Of a stretch of 40,751 nt of DNA, positions 10,164-22,700 are shown in pieces. The translations under genes were made by a program, and so were the position numbers. Numbering within the stretch: position 1 is the first letter of the stretch; every line of letters begins with the position of its first letter. The notes beneath the pieces were generated by a model. It saw only the letters and a list, made by a program, of their open reading frames with translations, had not been told where the DNA came from and did no database searches. Origin of the DNA: Octopus bimaculoides (Eukaryota); NCBI RefSeq assembly GCF_001194135.2, contig NC_068985.1, positions 23,053,208-23,093,958 on the forward strand, read 5' to 3'.

Positions 10164-10469
10164 GCATGTGAGCATATTCTATATTATCATTTAATCTTAA
10201 TTATAATAATTTTGTCATCAACACCACTACCATCAATGTCTAAAATATAAATCAAATGTAATTTTCTTCATTAGAGAGTATCAATTTGGCAGAAATCACA
10301 GATTGTTTGACCAAACAATGTTTTAATATTTGATTTCTAGCCATCTACTTCTGTATTTAATTCCTGCCAAAGTTGACTTTCCTTTAACTCTCTTGAGATC
10401 AATAAAATTATTGTACCTATCATTTCTGTTATTGTCGCTTTTTTACCATTAGTGCCAGCTCACACCATT

Positions 10470-10945
10470 TTGCTCTCATTTTCTAAATGTCTATGAACTT
10501 CTTGCAGAATGAACTCCCAACAAAAACCATGCCAGCCCACTTTAATTGTCTTGCAGTGTGCCTGCCAGCCTCGATTTCTGCACTGCTCTACCATCTCCTG
10601 GTATTCTGCAAGCTTCCTCTCATGAGCCCCCCTGTATGAGTTCCTCCCTAAGCATAGTCAGTTCCCTCATCATCATTTGTGAGGTGGAGTTTGAGGTCAC
10701 TATATCTGGTCTGAGTGTTGATGGAATTATATGATCTGAGAACTTAACTCTTCCATGAGATCTACTCTCAGCTGTCTGGCTGGGGCTATGCAAAGTATGT
10801 TGATCATTGAAGTTTCCATGCACTGGACTTTTCTTCAGCTCTCAGAAAATTGATAGTGTCTTTTCTTGGATGATATTTACTGCACTGAATGACTGTCAGT
10901 ATCATCTCTGCAACTGCCCTGAGCACCTGAATATGGGATGAATAT
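10470..10945 (-). mobile_element. restriction-like-endonuclease (RLE) non-LTR retrotransposon fragment, NeSL/HERO-like
   Basis: Broken frames HIQVLRAVAEMI..INFLRAEEK, KFSDHIIPSTLRPDIV..MRELTMLREE and AEYQEMVEQCRNRGWQAHCKTIKVGWHGF fit the PD..ELT..E..K.KY..GW..VEVG.RGF RLE domain. Confidence 0.7.
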
Positions 10946-11536
10946 AAAAATTAAGAAATACTATGGCACTAAAAAATACTAAATAATAGATCAAAAAAAT
11001 AACCTCCATTTATACTTATTATTAGATAAGAGGTGAGCATTGTATGCATTATCATCATCACTAAACCACTTTATAATGCTTTTAATGACAACCTGTCTCA
11101 TTATATTTCTCATTGATTAATTCTCTCTAAAATGATCAACAGATTATGGCATACTCTGGAAAATGTTTCAAAATATGAGAAATTTGAAAATAATTTACTT
11201 TTAATCATTGTTTGCATAAATTTTCATCTTCTTTTAGTCAAATTTTCTCTCATTTTGGCCTCAGAATTTCATTTTTGCTCCCAGGTGTTTTAGTTAATTG
11301 ATGACAGATAGTTCATTATGAAAAGCAAAATTTCTCTAAGCTCATAGATACTTGCTTTTGTCGCTGCTTACTTCATCATATAAAGATGGTGGCAGTGGCA
11401 GCAGAGGTGGTGGTGGTGATGGTGGTTGTTTTTTGTTTTGTTTTTCACACATTTTTCAGTGCTATTTCATATTTGGGTAGTAGTAGTGATGTTGATGTTG
11501 CTGTTGTATAAATAAAAGCTCTTCATTTAATTTCAG

Positions 11537-11778
11537 ATGGTGAAATCAAATTTGATAATTATGATCTTCATAGTGATATTTATCATTTAATTGGTGCTGA
11601 CCTTCGGAATGTGAATGAGTTAGAAGCCAAACTGAAGTCTTGTAATGTTGACTACGCGTTACCAACTGTATTTGTTACTGAGTGTGTTCTTGTATATATG
11701 GAGACTAACCATTCAAATTCTTTGATCAAATGGATTGCTGACAACTTCCAAACTGCCTTTTTCGTTAACTATGAACAG
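11537..11778 (+). CDS. LCMT1: LCMT1 coding exon 3
   Basis: TTTCAG| then (D)GEIKFDNYDLHSDIYHLIGADLRNVNELEAKLKSCNVDYALPTVFVTECVLVYM...FFVNYEQ, then |GTAAAA. 242 nt, phase 1 to phase 0. Confidence 0.95.
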
Positions 11779-12820
11779 GTAAAACATTTGAGTGAAATCC
11801 CTCTTTAATTAATATTATCAAATTAAAAAGGAATCAGATTTCAAACACTAATTTGTTGTTGTTGATATTTCATCTTCTCTAATAATTAATGTATTATTAT
11901 GTACCTGACTCGATGATGCATTTAGTCTTTATTCTGAAAATTTGTAGCCACCATGTAGCTAATTATATGCTATAATATAAGCTTATTTTCTCTCATACAT
12001 GTTATTTACTAAATCTTACAACTGATTTAGCTATAATTTCGTATGTACATCAGTGCTAACACACTAAATACATTGAGCTAAATCAATAGCTTAACAATTA
12101 ATTCTGGTCAAGCAAGATATGAGAGACAATCCCAAAAGTTAAAATAATTTAAAATGGAATGCATTCAAGAGTGATTTTGATCTTTAATGTAATACTTAAC
12201 TAATTTTTCTCAAAACACTTCCATAATTCTATATGATGACAATTAACCAGAGATTTGTCTGGTAATCAATTCAATTAGAGGCACAGTTTTTTGAGTCAAG
12301 AAAGTTTAGTTTGGCAGCTAAAAGGCTAATAGTTTGTATCCGATCACCAGTACTGTGTTGTGGCATTGATCTAGGCTCTTTAATTTCATTGCTCAGTCCA
12401 CCTAACTGTAAACAGATACCACAAGAATGTACAGTGTAGTATATAATTATTAAGGTTTTTGATAGAATATGAATGATTTCAAATTTTATGATTCTAAGAA
12501 TGTTGACTTTTCCCTTCACCCTTTCAGGGTCAATGAAATATGTACCAGTCAAGTACTGGGGGCAATATAATTGACTAACCCCTCCCCCAACATTTCAGGC
12601 CTTGTGCCTATAGTTGAAAGAATTACAGTGCATACTCATGTCTCTGGAGACAGTAACCAGTGATTCATAATTTAATGTCTATGAAAACAGTTAAATAATT
12701 TATAATTTCTAGAAACATTTCATTAATCTAGCTGCCAATGTTGATTAAAATGAATTAGTCCCAGAGTGATATAATTCAATAATATACAATGTATACTTAC
12801 ATTTTTCATTCTGCTTTTAG

Positions 12821-12930
12821 GTTCATATGAATGATAAATTTGGTCAGATTATGATCTGTAATCTGAAAGCTCGTCAATGTGATTTACCTGGTGTAAGTGC
12901 TTGTACAGATTTCCAGTCCCAAACTCAAAG
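12821..12930 (+). CDS. LCMT1: LCMT1 coding exon 4
   Basis: TTTTAG| VHMNDKFGQIMICNLKARQCDLPGVSACTDFQSQTQ(R) |GTAACT. 110 nt, phase 0 to phase 2. Confidence 0.95.
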
Positions 12931-12989
12931 GTAACTTTTCAACTTTTTTATTGTTTTATCAGAGAAGGAAAATAGCTTCCATGAATTTT

Positions 12990-13200
12990 GCAGGCCTTCC
13001 TGCAGTAGTTAGTTCACTGTGGTTGATGGTCAACTTCAACAGCTCTAGGTTAATGTCTTCTGTGAAAAACTTAAACAGGGAGAGAATTCCACAAGGCTGT
13101 AAATTTGGAGATAGATGAATGGGTAAAATGTTTATTGAACTACCAGTATAAGGGTTATGAGTTCAGTTCTGTATTTTGTTGTGTTTCTGGGAAGAACATT
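12990..13200 (-). mobile_element. CR1/L2-type LINE 3' fragment, decayed
   Basis: TALWNSLPV*VF motif at about 13070..13105 on the minus strand. Boundaries approximate. Confidence 0.4.
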
Positions 13201-13629
13201 TTATACTAAATTACACCATCTGACCAGACTGGTAGGAATAAATATTAGATCATCTAGAAATATGATTTGTGGTAGACTGGTGTCCTGTCCAGAAGAAGAT
13301 TTATTTCTCATCTATTTCCTAGGACATTTGAGTTTAATAGACATATACTGTACTTATGAGCCTTGGCTAGCATGTTCATAAAAAAGTTATTTGTTTCATT
13401 GACAAACTTTCTATTAAGTTGTAGCATTACTCTGTCTTTTCTATCAATATTGTAATTTACTTATTCTTCAAATCATGGTTGTTGTACTCCAGCTTCATTT
13501 AATCTAACCCACTGCAATAACTTTGCTGTTCTTAGTCTCTCATACTCTGCCTCTTTTTTGCAAAACCACACATATATATTGGCCTAACATGCAGTTTTCC
13601 AAGCTCTATATTAACAAAAAATAATCTGT

Positions 13630-14015
13630 AGGTGCAGGAGTGGCTGTGTGGTAAGAAGCTTGCTTACCAACCACATGGTTCCGGGTTCAGTCCCACTGCG
13701 TGTCACCCTGGGCAAGTGTCTTCTACTATAGCCTTGTGAGTGGACTTGGTAGATGGAAACTGAAAGAAGCCTGTTGTATATATATATATACATGTGTGTG
13801 TATGTATTTGTGTGTCTGTGTTTCTCCCCCCACCATCACTTAACAACTAGTGTTGGCATGTTTATGTCCCAATAACTTAGCAGTTTGGCCTTAGAGACCG
13901 ATAGAATAAGTACTAGGCTTACAAAGAATAAGTTCTGGGGTTGATTTGTTCAACTAAAGGCAGTGCTCCAGCATGGCCGCAGTCAAATTACTGAAAGAAA
14001 TAAAAGAATAAAAGA
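13630..14015 (+). mobile_element. tRNA-derived SINE
   Basis: Head with A-box TGGCTGTGTGG and B-box GGTTCAGTCCC, CTGGGCAAGTG core, internal (TA/TG)n. An inverted copy lies at 15110..15507. Confidence 0.85.
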
Positions 14016-14689
14016 ATTGTTTCTCATTTTTCTGATCTTCCTTGTACAGATAAAAGCGAGTACTAAAAAAATCTGGTTGAAGTTAGTACAAAAAGACAAG
14101 CATTTTTAAGTCTATTCTGACTAACCTATACACTTTTTATCTTTTGTACTACAACGGCAATTTCGCTTAAATGAATGGATCCTTTTTGTCCAAAACTGCA
14201 TTAATTTCAAATGTTGTGTTTAGCACTGTACACTAAGGAAGCATTCATCAATTATACAATGTCTCATAGTTCACAGCAATGTATTGTACTTTTGTTTGGA
14301 GCCCTATTTATAATACAACATTTAAAAGTATATATCTCTGCCAATGGCACAGTGCCACTGGCTCAATAAAAATCAAGAAGCAATTAGCTAGTAGACTGAC
14401 AATTCAACCACTTTGTATGACAAAACAAGACATTAAGAATTCATATTAATAAATCATTAATCATTTATTAACAATGGATATAATTTTTTTTACATTACAT
14501 TCTATCTCATGTTTTCTTTCAGTTTTAATGTTTTTCAACTCTGTATTGTTGTCCTTCAGTAACAGAAAAAAAAGTTCAGTCTGTATTAAAATATGAGATA
14601 ATATAACCTGCTTAAAATGTGCTAATATCTCATTCTTCTGCCAAATTCATTCTCTCTCTCTCTCCTTCTTCTTCTTCTTCATCATCATC

Positions 14690-14725
<36 letters not shown>

Positions 14726-15109
14726 GCAGAATTAAATTTGATAACTAACACAATGACTTGGTTGATTTGTTTGTGTCAAGGCAACGCTAGGCTTATATGC
14801 AGACAAGTGTTTATAGACTTATGCTTGGCAGTGGCTACATGTGCTTCTAGAGAAGCCAAATGAAAAACGTTTGAAAAATGCTTCATAAATCTTCATTATT
14901 TCATTATACCACTGATTGAACAGATATTCAGGATGTTAATAGTTTTTTTTCTCTTGAGAATCTTATCAAGGTTTCTACATAAATCTTGTTACATAATAAA
15001 GTCAGTAATGATGGTTCATTATTTATAAAGATTTTTAGCTAAAAAGTTGTAGGTTTTGCAGTAATTTACCGTAGACCTTAAATCTTCTCTGCAATTTAAG
15101 ACAAGATAT

Positions 15110-15507
15110 ACTGTTTTACTCTTTTACTTGTTTCAGACATTTGGCTGCGGCCATGCTGGAGCACTGCCTTTAGTCGAGCAAATCGACCCTGAGATTTATT
15201 CTTTGTAAGCCTAGTACTTATTCTATCAGTATCTTTTGCCGAACTGCTAAGTGACGGGGACATAAACACACCAGCATTGGTTGTCAAGCAATGCTAGGGG
15301 AACAAACACAGACACACAAACACACACACACATATACATATATACGGCGGGCTTCTTTCAGTTTCCGTCTACCAAATCCACTCACAAGGCTTTGGTCAGC
15401 CCGAGGCTATAGTAGAAGACACATGCCCAAGATGCCACGCAGGGGGACTGAACCCGGAACCATGTGGCTGGTAAGCAAGCTACTTACCACACAGCCACTC
15501 CTGCGCC
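15110..15507 (-). mobile_element. tRNA-derived SINE (same family as 13630..14015)
   Basis: Reverse complement of the same head, core and tail. A 14-nt copy of its 5' end is repeated at 15518..15531. Confidence 0.85.
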
Positions 15508-15937
15508 TATATTCACGCAGCCACTCCTGCGATATATTCACATTTGCTTGACAGCTGATCCGTAAAATAGTTCATTGATTTTATTAACTGTCCCAGAGAA
15601 CAATATTAGTTCAGCTCTGATTGTGGCACATTGTTGTTTTTATTGAAATGCTATATAAATATGTTTTTAAAAGCTTAGATGTATTCTCTTTCTGTGATGA
15701 TCTTGGTTTGTATAAAGATGTTTCATACAGTTTCTGTGATAACTTCATGTTTCATAAGATTGAAGTATCTCATGGGCATTCTTGAGCAACAGCTGATGTT
15801 TTCTACACTAGTATGAAATAAGCAATATTTTCTGTTAGAGTGGTGGAGTCTGAAAGTATATTTATCTTTTATACGTGTATGTGCATGTGAAGGTATATAT
15901 CTATGTAAAAAAAAATCTGTTGTGATAAGTGACATAA

Positions 15938-16330
15938 TCATCATCATCGTTTAACGTCCACTTTCCATGCTAGCATGGGTTGGATGATTTGACTGAGGAC
16001 TGGTGAACCAGATGGCTACACCAGGCTCCAATCTGATTTGGCAGAGTTTCTACAGCTGGATGCCCTTCCTAACGCCAACCACTCCGAGAGTGTAGTGGGT
16101 GCTTTTATGTGCCACCGGCATGAAGGCCAGTCAGGCGGTACTGGCAACGACCTCGCTCAAATGTCTTTTCACATGCCACCGGCACAAGTGCCAGGAAGGT
16201 GACGCTGGTAGAAATCATGCTCAAATGGTGCTTTTTATGTGCCACTAGCATGGAAGCCAGACAGCTGCTCTGGCAACGATCATGCTCGGATGGTGCTCTT
16301 AGCGCTCCACTGGTACAGGTGCCATTACGA
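15938..16330 (-). mobile_element. RTE 3' UTR / (GAT)n-tail repeat
   Basis: ATCATCATCGTTTAACGTCCACTTTCCATGCTAGCATGGGTTGG start. Further partial copies at about 16440..16630 (+) and about 16690..16900 (-). Confidence 0.8.
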
Positions 16331-17749
16331 TTTCGCTTTCACACACAAATACTCCATGTCTCTCTGTCACACTCTAATCTTTTATCGTCTGACACAAGAT
16401 TACCTCCTCCAATACCCCTTCCCCTCTCAAAGGGTCTTTGTCCTGCAAGTTATGTAAAAAGCACTCAATCCACTCTGCTGGGTGATTGGTGTTAGAAAGG
16501 ACATCCAGCCATAAAAACCATGCCACAACTGACACAGAAGTTTGGTGCAGTCTTCTGCCTGTCCAGCTTCTGTCAAACCATCCAACCCATGCCAACATGG
16601 AAGGCGGATGTTAAACAATCCTGATTATGATGACTCACAGATAAAAACGAGAATGCTTACACAAGCATTATTTTTATAAAGTCATATATCATCATCATCA
16701 TCATCATTTAACATTCCTTTTTCCATACTGGCATGGGTTGGAGAGTTTGACAGGAACCAAATAGCCTGAGAGCTGTACCACAGAGCTTCAATGTCTGCTT
16801 TTCATGATTCCTATGGCTGGATGCCCTTTCTAATGCAAACTTCTTTAAAGAGTGTACTGAGTGCTTTTTTTCATGGCACCAGCATTAGTGAGTTGATGAA
16901 GTACTTACAAGACAAGACCCCTCAACAGAGTGGACTATACTTTTGAAGAATGTAAAAGTATGAAAGAAGGACAGGAGTTTGTGTTTTGCTGAAGAGGCGA
17001 AAATATGCCTTTCCCGGTTGGATAGAGGGTTAATGAAGATATATCCTAAAGCAGGCGTGGCCAGCTTGAATTATATTGCAGGCCACTTTAATCACAGAAA
17101 GTTTTCTGAGGGCTGCTTGTATACTTCATGCACTAATAATCAAATAACAGAATCAAGAATTTTTCAAACTTTTCATTTGTTTAAAATTATAAAATTGTAA
17201 GCTATTGCTTTCTTGCTACTTATAAATGTTTAATTTATTTTGAAACAAATGTTTTACACAAGCAATTTTATTTTGAAGTTAAATACTATACTTCAAGAAA
17301 GTATCATGCAGGCCTCAAGCTAAAAGCCTCAGGTTGGCCAGTATATGAGTGAAAGAATAAGGAAAAAGGAACAAAAAAAGGTGATTGTAGACAAGTGTTA
17401 GCATGTGAAAAGAGCATGGTGGATGATTAGAGATAGGGATTGAGGTGGACACTGAGTATCAGTCTGGAAGAGGGGAAATAATAGAAAGGAAATAGGAGTG
17501 GGTTGGGGAGGGGGAAGTGATACGGGACAGTAGTAGGGATATAATGTGAAGTGTAAGGAGATAAATGATATTATTTATAGCATCTGAGTGAGAAGTATTG
17601 CAGCTAGAAGATTGATGGAAGGATGGGTATTAAAAAATAATTTGTTGGGGAAGGCTTCACAAAATCTCTTTTGTGCTTAACCACACAGACATTTTTGCAC
17701 CTATAGACGATATAGTTTGTTATCAAAAAACAAAAAGAAAAAAAGGACC

Positions 17750-17995
17750 AAAGGCCTATCTTGAGCCATGGACTCATAACACTGGTTTCCCAGATTCCGT
17801 AGTGTGTAAATTCTTCCACTGGATAAGACACCAGCCCTCCATCAGTTTTACCCTTTTTTTCCAGCTGAGTACAGTGTGCAATGAAGTTTTTTGCTCAAGA
17901 ATACAATGCATTACCTGGTCTTGAAATTCATTAACAGGAATTGAAACCTCAATCTTAAGATCATGAGTGCAACACCCTAACTGCTATGCCTCCAC
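17750..17995 (-). mobile_element. tRNA-derived SINE, degenerate
   Basis: Minus-strand head GGAGGCATAGCAGTTAGGGTGTTGCACTCATGATCTTAAGATTGAGGTTTCAATTCC with a B-box-like motif. Confidence 0.5.
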
Positions 17996-18303
17996 CTAGT
18001 TTGTTATAAGGTTCTACAATACTTGTTTCCTCAATAATTCTTGTGTCTTTTGCAAGAATTCAAACAGGGTTCAGTAATTAAGTTTCTGGTAAACTGTGTA
18101 ATCCAGTTTTGCTTCTTGATTGTAATTAATAGCATTTCACTTACATCAGCAATAGCCTTGGGAGAAAAGCATGAACATCTCACAATTAATTTGCCATTTC
18201 CTATCAAACTATGGAGGAAATTGTTATTTCTTTTCTTGTGTTATTCACCAGGCACTGATTGTAATTAAACAGTTAATTTACTAATTATAATCTCTTGGTT
18301 TAG

Positions 18304-18387
18304 ATTCCTGACAAATGGCTGGGAAGTTGCTGACATGATAGAAATGACTCATGTTTATGCTAGTTTACCACAAGCGGATGTTCAGAG
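18304..18387 (+). CDS. LCMT1: LCMT1 coding exon 5
   Basis: GTTTAG| (R)FLTNGWEVADMIEMTHVYASLPQADVQ(R) |GTAAGT. 84 nt, phase 2 to phase 2. Confidence 0.95.
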
Positions 18388-18668
18388 GTAAGTTTACCTG
18401 TCTCTTTCATTGTCGTTAGCTGGAGGTGACATTTGTATCTCAAATATTGTCGGCTGTTGTCTGTTGGTTAATTAATATATTTTAGGACTTTCAACTGAAT
18501 GCTCTTGCAAGGAGATTAACACTGCTAGCTTTATCGGCTGATATTTCACTACCTTAAAAGGGATTCTTTTCAGAGTTAAATAAATGAACATTATTGCATA
18601 CTTGATATAACACCCGCGCACGCACGCACACACACACACACACACACTCTCACTCACTCACTCACTCA

Positions 18669-18701
<33 letters not shown>

Positions 18702-19115
18702 ANNNNNNNNNNAGATGCTCATGCACATGCACCATACATTCACACATACTTGCAGACACACACACTCACGCATACACAGACACACACACACACACATACA
18801 CACACACACACACAACAGAATAATTGCAACAAAATCATTTGACTATCAAGAATTACAAGATTAAGACTATTAATGCATGTTACTTGAAAAAATCAATAAT
18901 AAAACAAAGAGTAATAACAGTTCAGTGTTGAAAAATTTATTAAAATTTGTAACCATATATTTGTTTTACATAGTTCACAGATGCGATCCATATATTCTCC
19001 ATATAGAAGATTCTTAGTAGTGCTCAAAAGATTCAAACTTAGTCTCCAAAGTCTTTACAGGGGATAATCCACAGGGTAAAGAAAGGCTATAAAAGGGATT
19101 AGGTTGAGCAGGTGT

Positions 19116-19307
19116 AGAAGCAAATGTGGGGATATACAAATTAGATACATCAGTACATAAAGTGTATTACATGCCTCAAATACAAAATATGTATATATGT
19201 ATACATATAAAAAAGGGTCCAACTCACACAGTTTATTTTGTGTTTGATTTATGTAATATTCTTTATGTATTGATATGTCTAATTTGCTTATCCCCACATT
19301 TGCTTCT
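19116..19307. repeat. inverted repeat / old MITE, 74-bp arms, 44-bp spacer
   Basis: 19116..19189 and the reverse complement of 19234..19307 match at 63 of 74 positions (hand count). Both strands give near-identical spurious ORFs in the track. Confidence 0.8.
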
Positions 19308-19479
19308 CTATTTGTTTTATGGGGATAAAGATGGAAAAGGGTTCCACACCTTAAAGCTAGATATTTTAAGATATAATGCTCTGTTTTTTTTTTTATCTTT
19401 TTTACCGCTGAATGTATGTGATTATTTCATAGTAACATTTGCTCCTTTTAAAAAATTTATTTTTGAGAGGTCATGCTTC

Positions 19480-20020
19480 ACCACCTCATCTCATGTCTTC
19501 CTGGGTCTACCTCTTCCNNNNNNNNNNCCTGGGTCTACCTCTTCCACAGGTTCCTTCCACTGTTAGAGTGTGACACTTCTTCACACAGCTGTCCTCATCC
19601 ATACGCAACACATGACCATACCAGTGCAGTCATCTCTCTTGCACACCACATCTGATGCTTCTTATGTCCAACTTTTCTCTTGGGGCACTTACACTCTGTC
19701 GTGTATGCACACTGACATTACACATCCAGCAGAGCATACTAGCTTCATTTCTTTCAAGCCTGTGCATGTCCTCAGCAGTCACAGCCCATGTTTTACTGCT
19801 GTGTAGCATGGCTGTTCACACACATGCATCATATAGTCTAACTTTCAGTCTGAGTGAGAGTACTTTTGTTACCAGCTGAAGTAGGAGCCCCATGAACTTT
19901 ACCTAGGCTATTTTTATTCTAGCAGCTACTGTCTCAGAGCATCCACCCCTGCTACTGACTTGGTCACCTAGGTAACAGAAGCTATCAACTACTTCTAGTT
20001 TTTTTCCCCTGGCTGACTTG
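19480..20020 (-). mobile_element. RTE LINE RT C-terminal fragment
   Basis: GKKLEVVDSFCYLGDQVSSRGGCSETVAARIKIA..KFMGLLLQLVTK, then YDACV..LHSSKTWAV. Confidence 0.8.
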
Positions 20021-20629
20021 GTTTATTCCTTTTGCCCAATTTGCATTGTTGTTCATACCAAAATTTGCTAAATCATTGCAGCTATGGTTGTCATCATTGA
20101 AATGCAGCTCTACTAGTAAATTTGTGTTGATAATCAATAACAACCCAAAGCTTATCGTTTATGCAGTTTTTTTTTTCACCGTCCTGGAAAGCACAACATT
20201 CGTTCTATTTTTTGGACTGCCATGTTGGCTTGGCAATAACTATTAATATCCAGTACTCTAAAACCGCAATAAATGTTCATATAGCACCAGGAGAGAAGAC
20301 AAAGAGACAAAATAAACTAGCAAAAATTACTGGATAATTCCAGATCCCAGATTTCTAGCTCTGCATAAAAAATGCTTTGCCTCATCAGTGGAATATACAC
20401 AGAAAAGCACATAAATACAAATATATATATATATACAACATACGGTATACTTTTTAGGCAGGCAAAATTAAACTGGTCATGTGCATACGTGCATATATAT
20501 GTATGTATACATTCATAAGAACCGGCAAAAATTGAATTTAGTGTAATACCTCTAAACTAAAATACACACTGTAAAATTATGAAAAATATGGTGAATATGT
20601 AGTGTTTGGCTAGATAGTAACGCAAAGTC

Positions 20630-22700
20630 ACTCTCTCTTCTATATATTTACATATATAGCTAGTGATGATGATGAAGCAAGTTTCATATGACGAAGTGAA
20701 GAGAACTCAATACACTAATACAGAGTTAATTTATATATTTTTATAATTATAGGATACAGTCAGTTCATGTTACTAATAGTTTCAAAATCACTCAAAAGCA
20801 CTGAAAGTGGTTGAGCTCATTATCATCAGACTTGGCTGTCTTGTACATTTGCTTTGCCCAGTGGGTGAACTGCTTTGGGCAGTAAAGGTAAAATTCAAAA
20901 CTATTTTAGCACTTTCTAAGACACTCTGCTTAAAGACTGAAACATATCTGTAACTCTTGCAGATTGTATATTCCATCAGATAAATCAAAGAACTTCTTTG
21001 GTGTTGATAAATCTATGTACATACAACTCCTTTCCAGCAACATCATTAAACATATAAGAAACCTAATTCTAATACACATAGTTAAATTAATGAAGGAGCC
21101 ACACTTAACCTCAGTTTTAAGACAGATGGTCAGATATACTGCTTAGTTGCCAACTGCATTACTTCAGAAGATCATTAACTGATGCTAAATGCAGACTTAT
21201 TAATCTTACTTAGAGCAACCCAGATAAGGATAGTAAGTATATATGATATTTGGTCTTTTATATCATTATACATGCTTCTAACCTCCCACCCTGGAATAAT
21301 GTTTCTTCTGTGATTAACAGGTTTGTTAACTTACCTATCAAGCACTGTGGTAAATTCACACAATTTTTCTTAATGAAGGCATTAGAACTTTATTGGTATA
21401 TTTATTTCAAATTATATCCTAATTTGGTCTTAGAATCACTAACTGCTAATGTTAGTGTAGTTAATTTCTGAGACATTAATCCTAACTTAGTTTCTGGTAT
21501 TTACAGTCCTTTTTAAAACACCTAAGACAATTATATGGTATATCCATAAAGGTTCTAATCACCCTCACCATACTAAGGAATTTGGTTGGTAAAATCAATA
21601 AAAGGATTTCTAGTGTATCTTCCAATGAAGAAGCATTTAACTGCACTGCACTGCAGAATTTTATGAGGCTTTAAGTAGGAGTGTCTTCACAAATAAAATT
21701 CAGTGGATACCCAGACAGAGCTCTTCTAATTCTGATAATACTAAAAAAAAATGGTCTTATGTTATAATCTACCATTTATTTTGAATCCTCTAATATTGCC
21801 TTTACTGTCCTAAACATTTTCCTTTTAGCCATAAGTTTCATAAAATCTTTCATAAGTGAGTCTCGAGTTGTACTGATATTTTCACCTCTTCTTTAGTTAG
21901 AATCAATGTACTCACATAAGATTCACCTCTACGATGCAATTGCCCTACCAGCAATTCCAGTCCTTCAAAGAGTAAATGTCTTCAAAAGAGTGTTATATAC
22001 TGTGCTAAGCTCTCAATCATTGGTTGTCTAAGAAGTTTATTAGGCCTTATGCAGAATACTTTCAACCCAAGTATAATCAGCATAAATCTTCATTCAAGTA
22101 TGAAGACAAAAAAAAAGAACAACACTATCCAAGTACTTCTGGAATTTCAAGGACAATAGTTTTCATAATTACAGTATCAACTGGAACTGGTCAGTTATCA
22201 AATCTGCACCTGCATATATCAACAGCTTTGAATGTTATTCCTTCTATAGAAGAAATACAGAAATAGAACATCCTGATGCAACAATTACATCTACAAAATT
22301 AGAATTGGTCTTTTCGTATCCTCATCAAAAGAAATTTATACTATTTACTTTTGTGCTGTCCATTGAATAATGTTGCGTACCCTTGTAAGATTTCACAACA
22401 CATCTTTTTGCACTTATGAAACTGCCTTGATCATTTATATTCACTAGTTCTTTTTATTTTTTAATTTATTGTATTTCACCCTGTTTTACTTCTTGTCTTT
22501 TTAATTCAACACCTTTTGATGCTCTCTTTCACTCAACTTCCAACATATATTATAGACGTGATACACATATTTTTGCAGATATCTTCAAGTTTACTATAGA
22601 CCTTTCACCAAACTGTCAGCACACTTCTTTTAAACCCAATTTATATAATCTATTTATATCTGTTCCCACCCTCACTGAACAATTTGCACAGATGATAACT
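20630..22700 (-). pseudogene. highly decayed hAT-superfamily-like transposase
   Basis: Motifs in the expected order across shifting frames: ISFDED; KLLSL; HSI*HSF; LIKFCSAV; CLRCFKK..VRINVSE..KTKLGY; FIKKNCVNL..LIGKL..RLEACI; AKIVL..GQSKCTRQPSL (resembling SHGQA.VERGFS). Many stops. Identified from recalled family patterns only. Confidence 0.55.

Noticed and set aside
20940-21780. Superficial resemblance to a negative-strand RNA virus L protein (RALSGYP, KTEVKCGSFINLTMCIR, KSDDN)
   Set aside because: The motifs are in inconsistent frames and spacing, with no convincing motif A or B. The hAT-like reading explains more segments in the right order. A frameshift-aware search would settle it.
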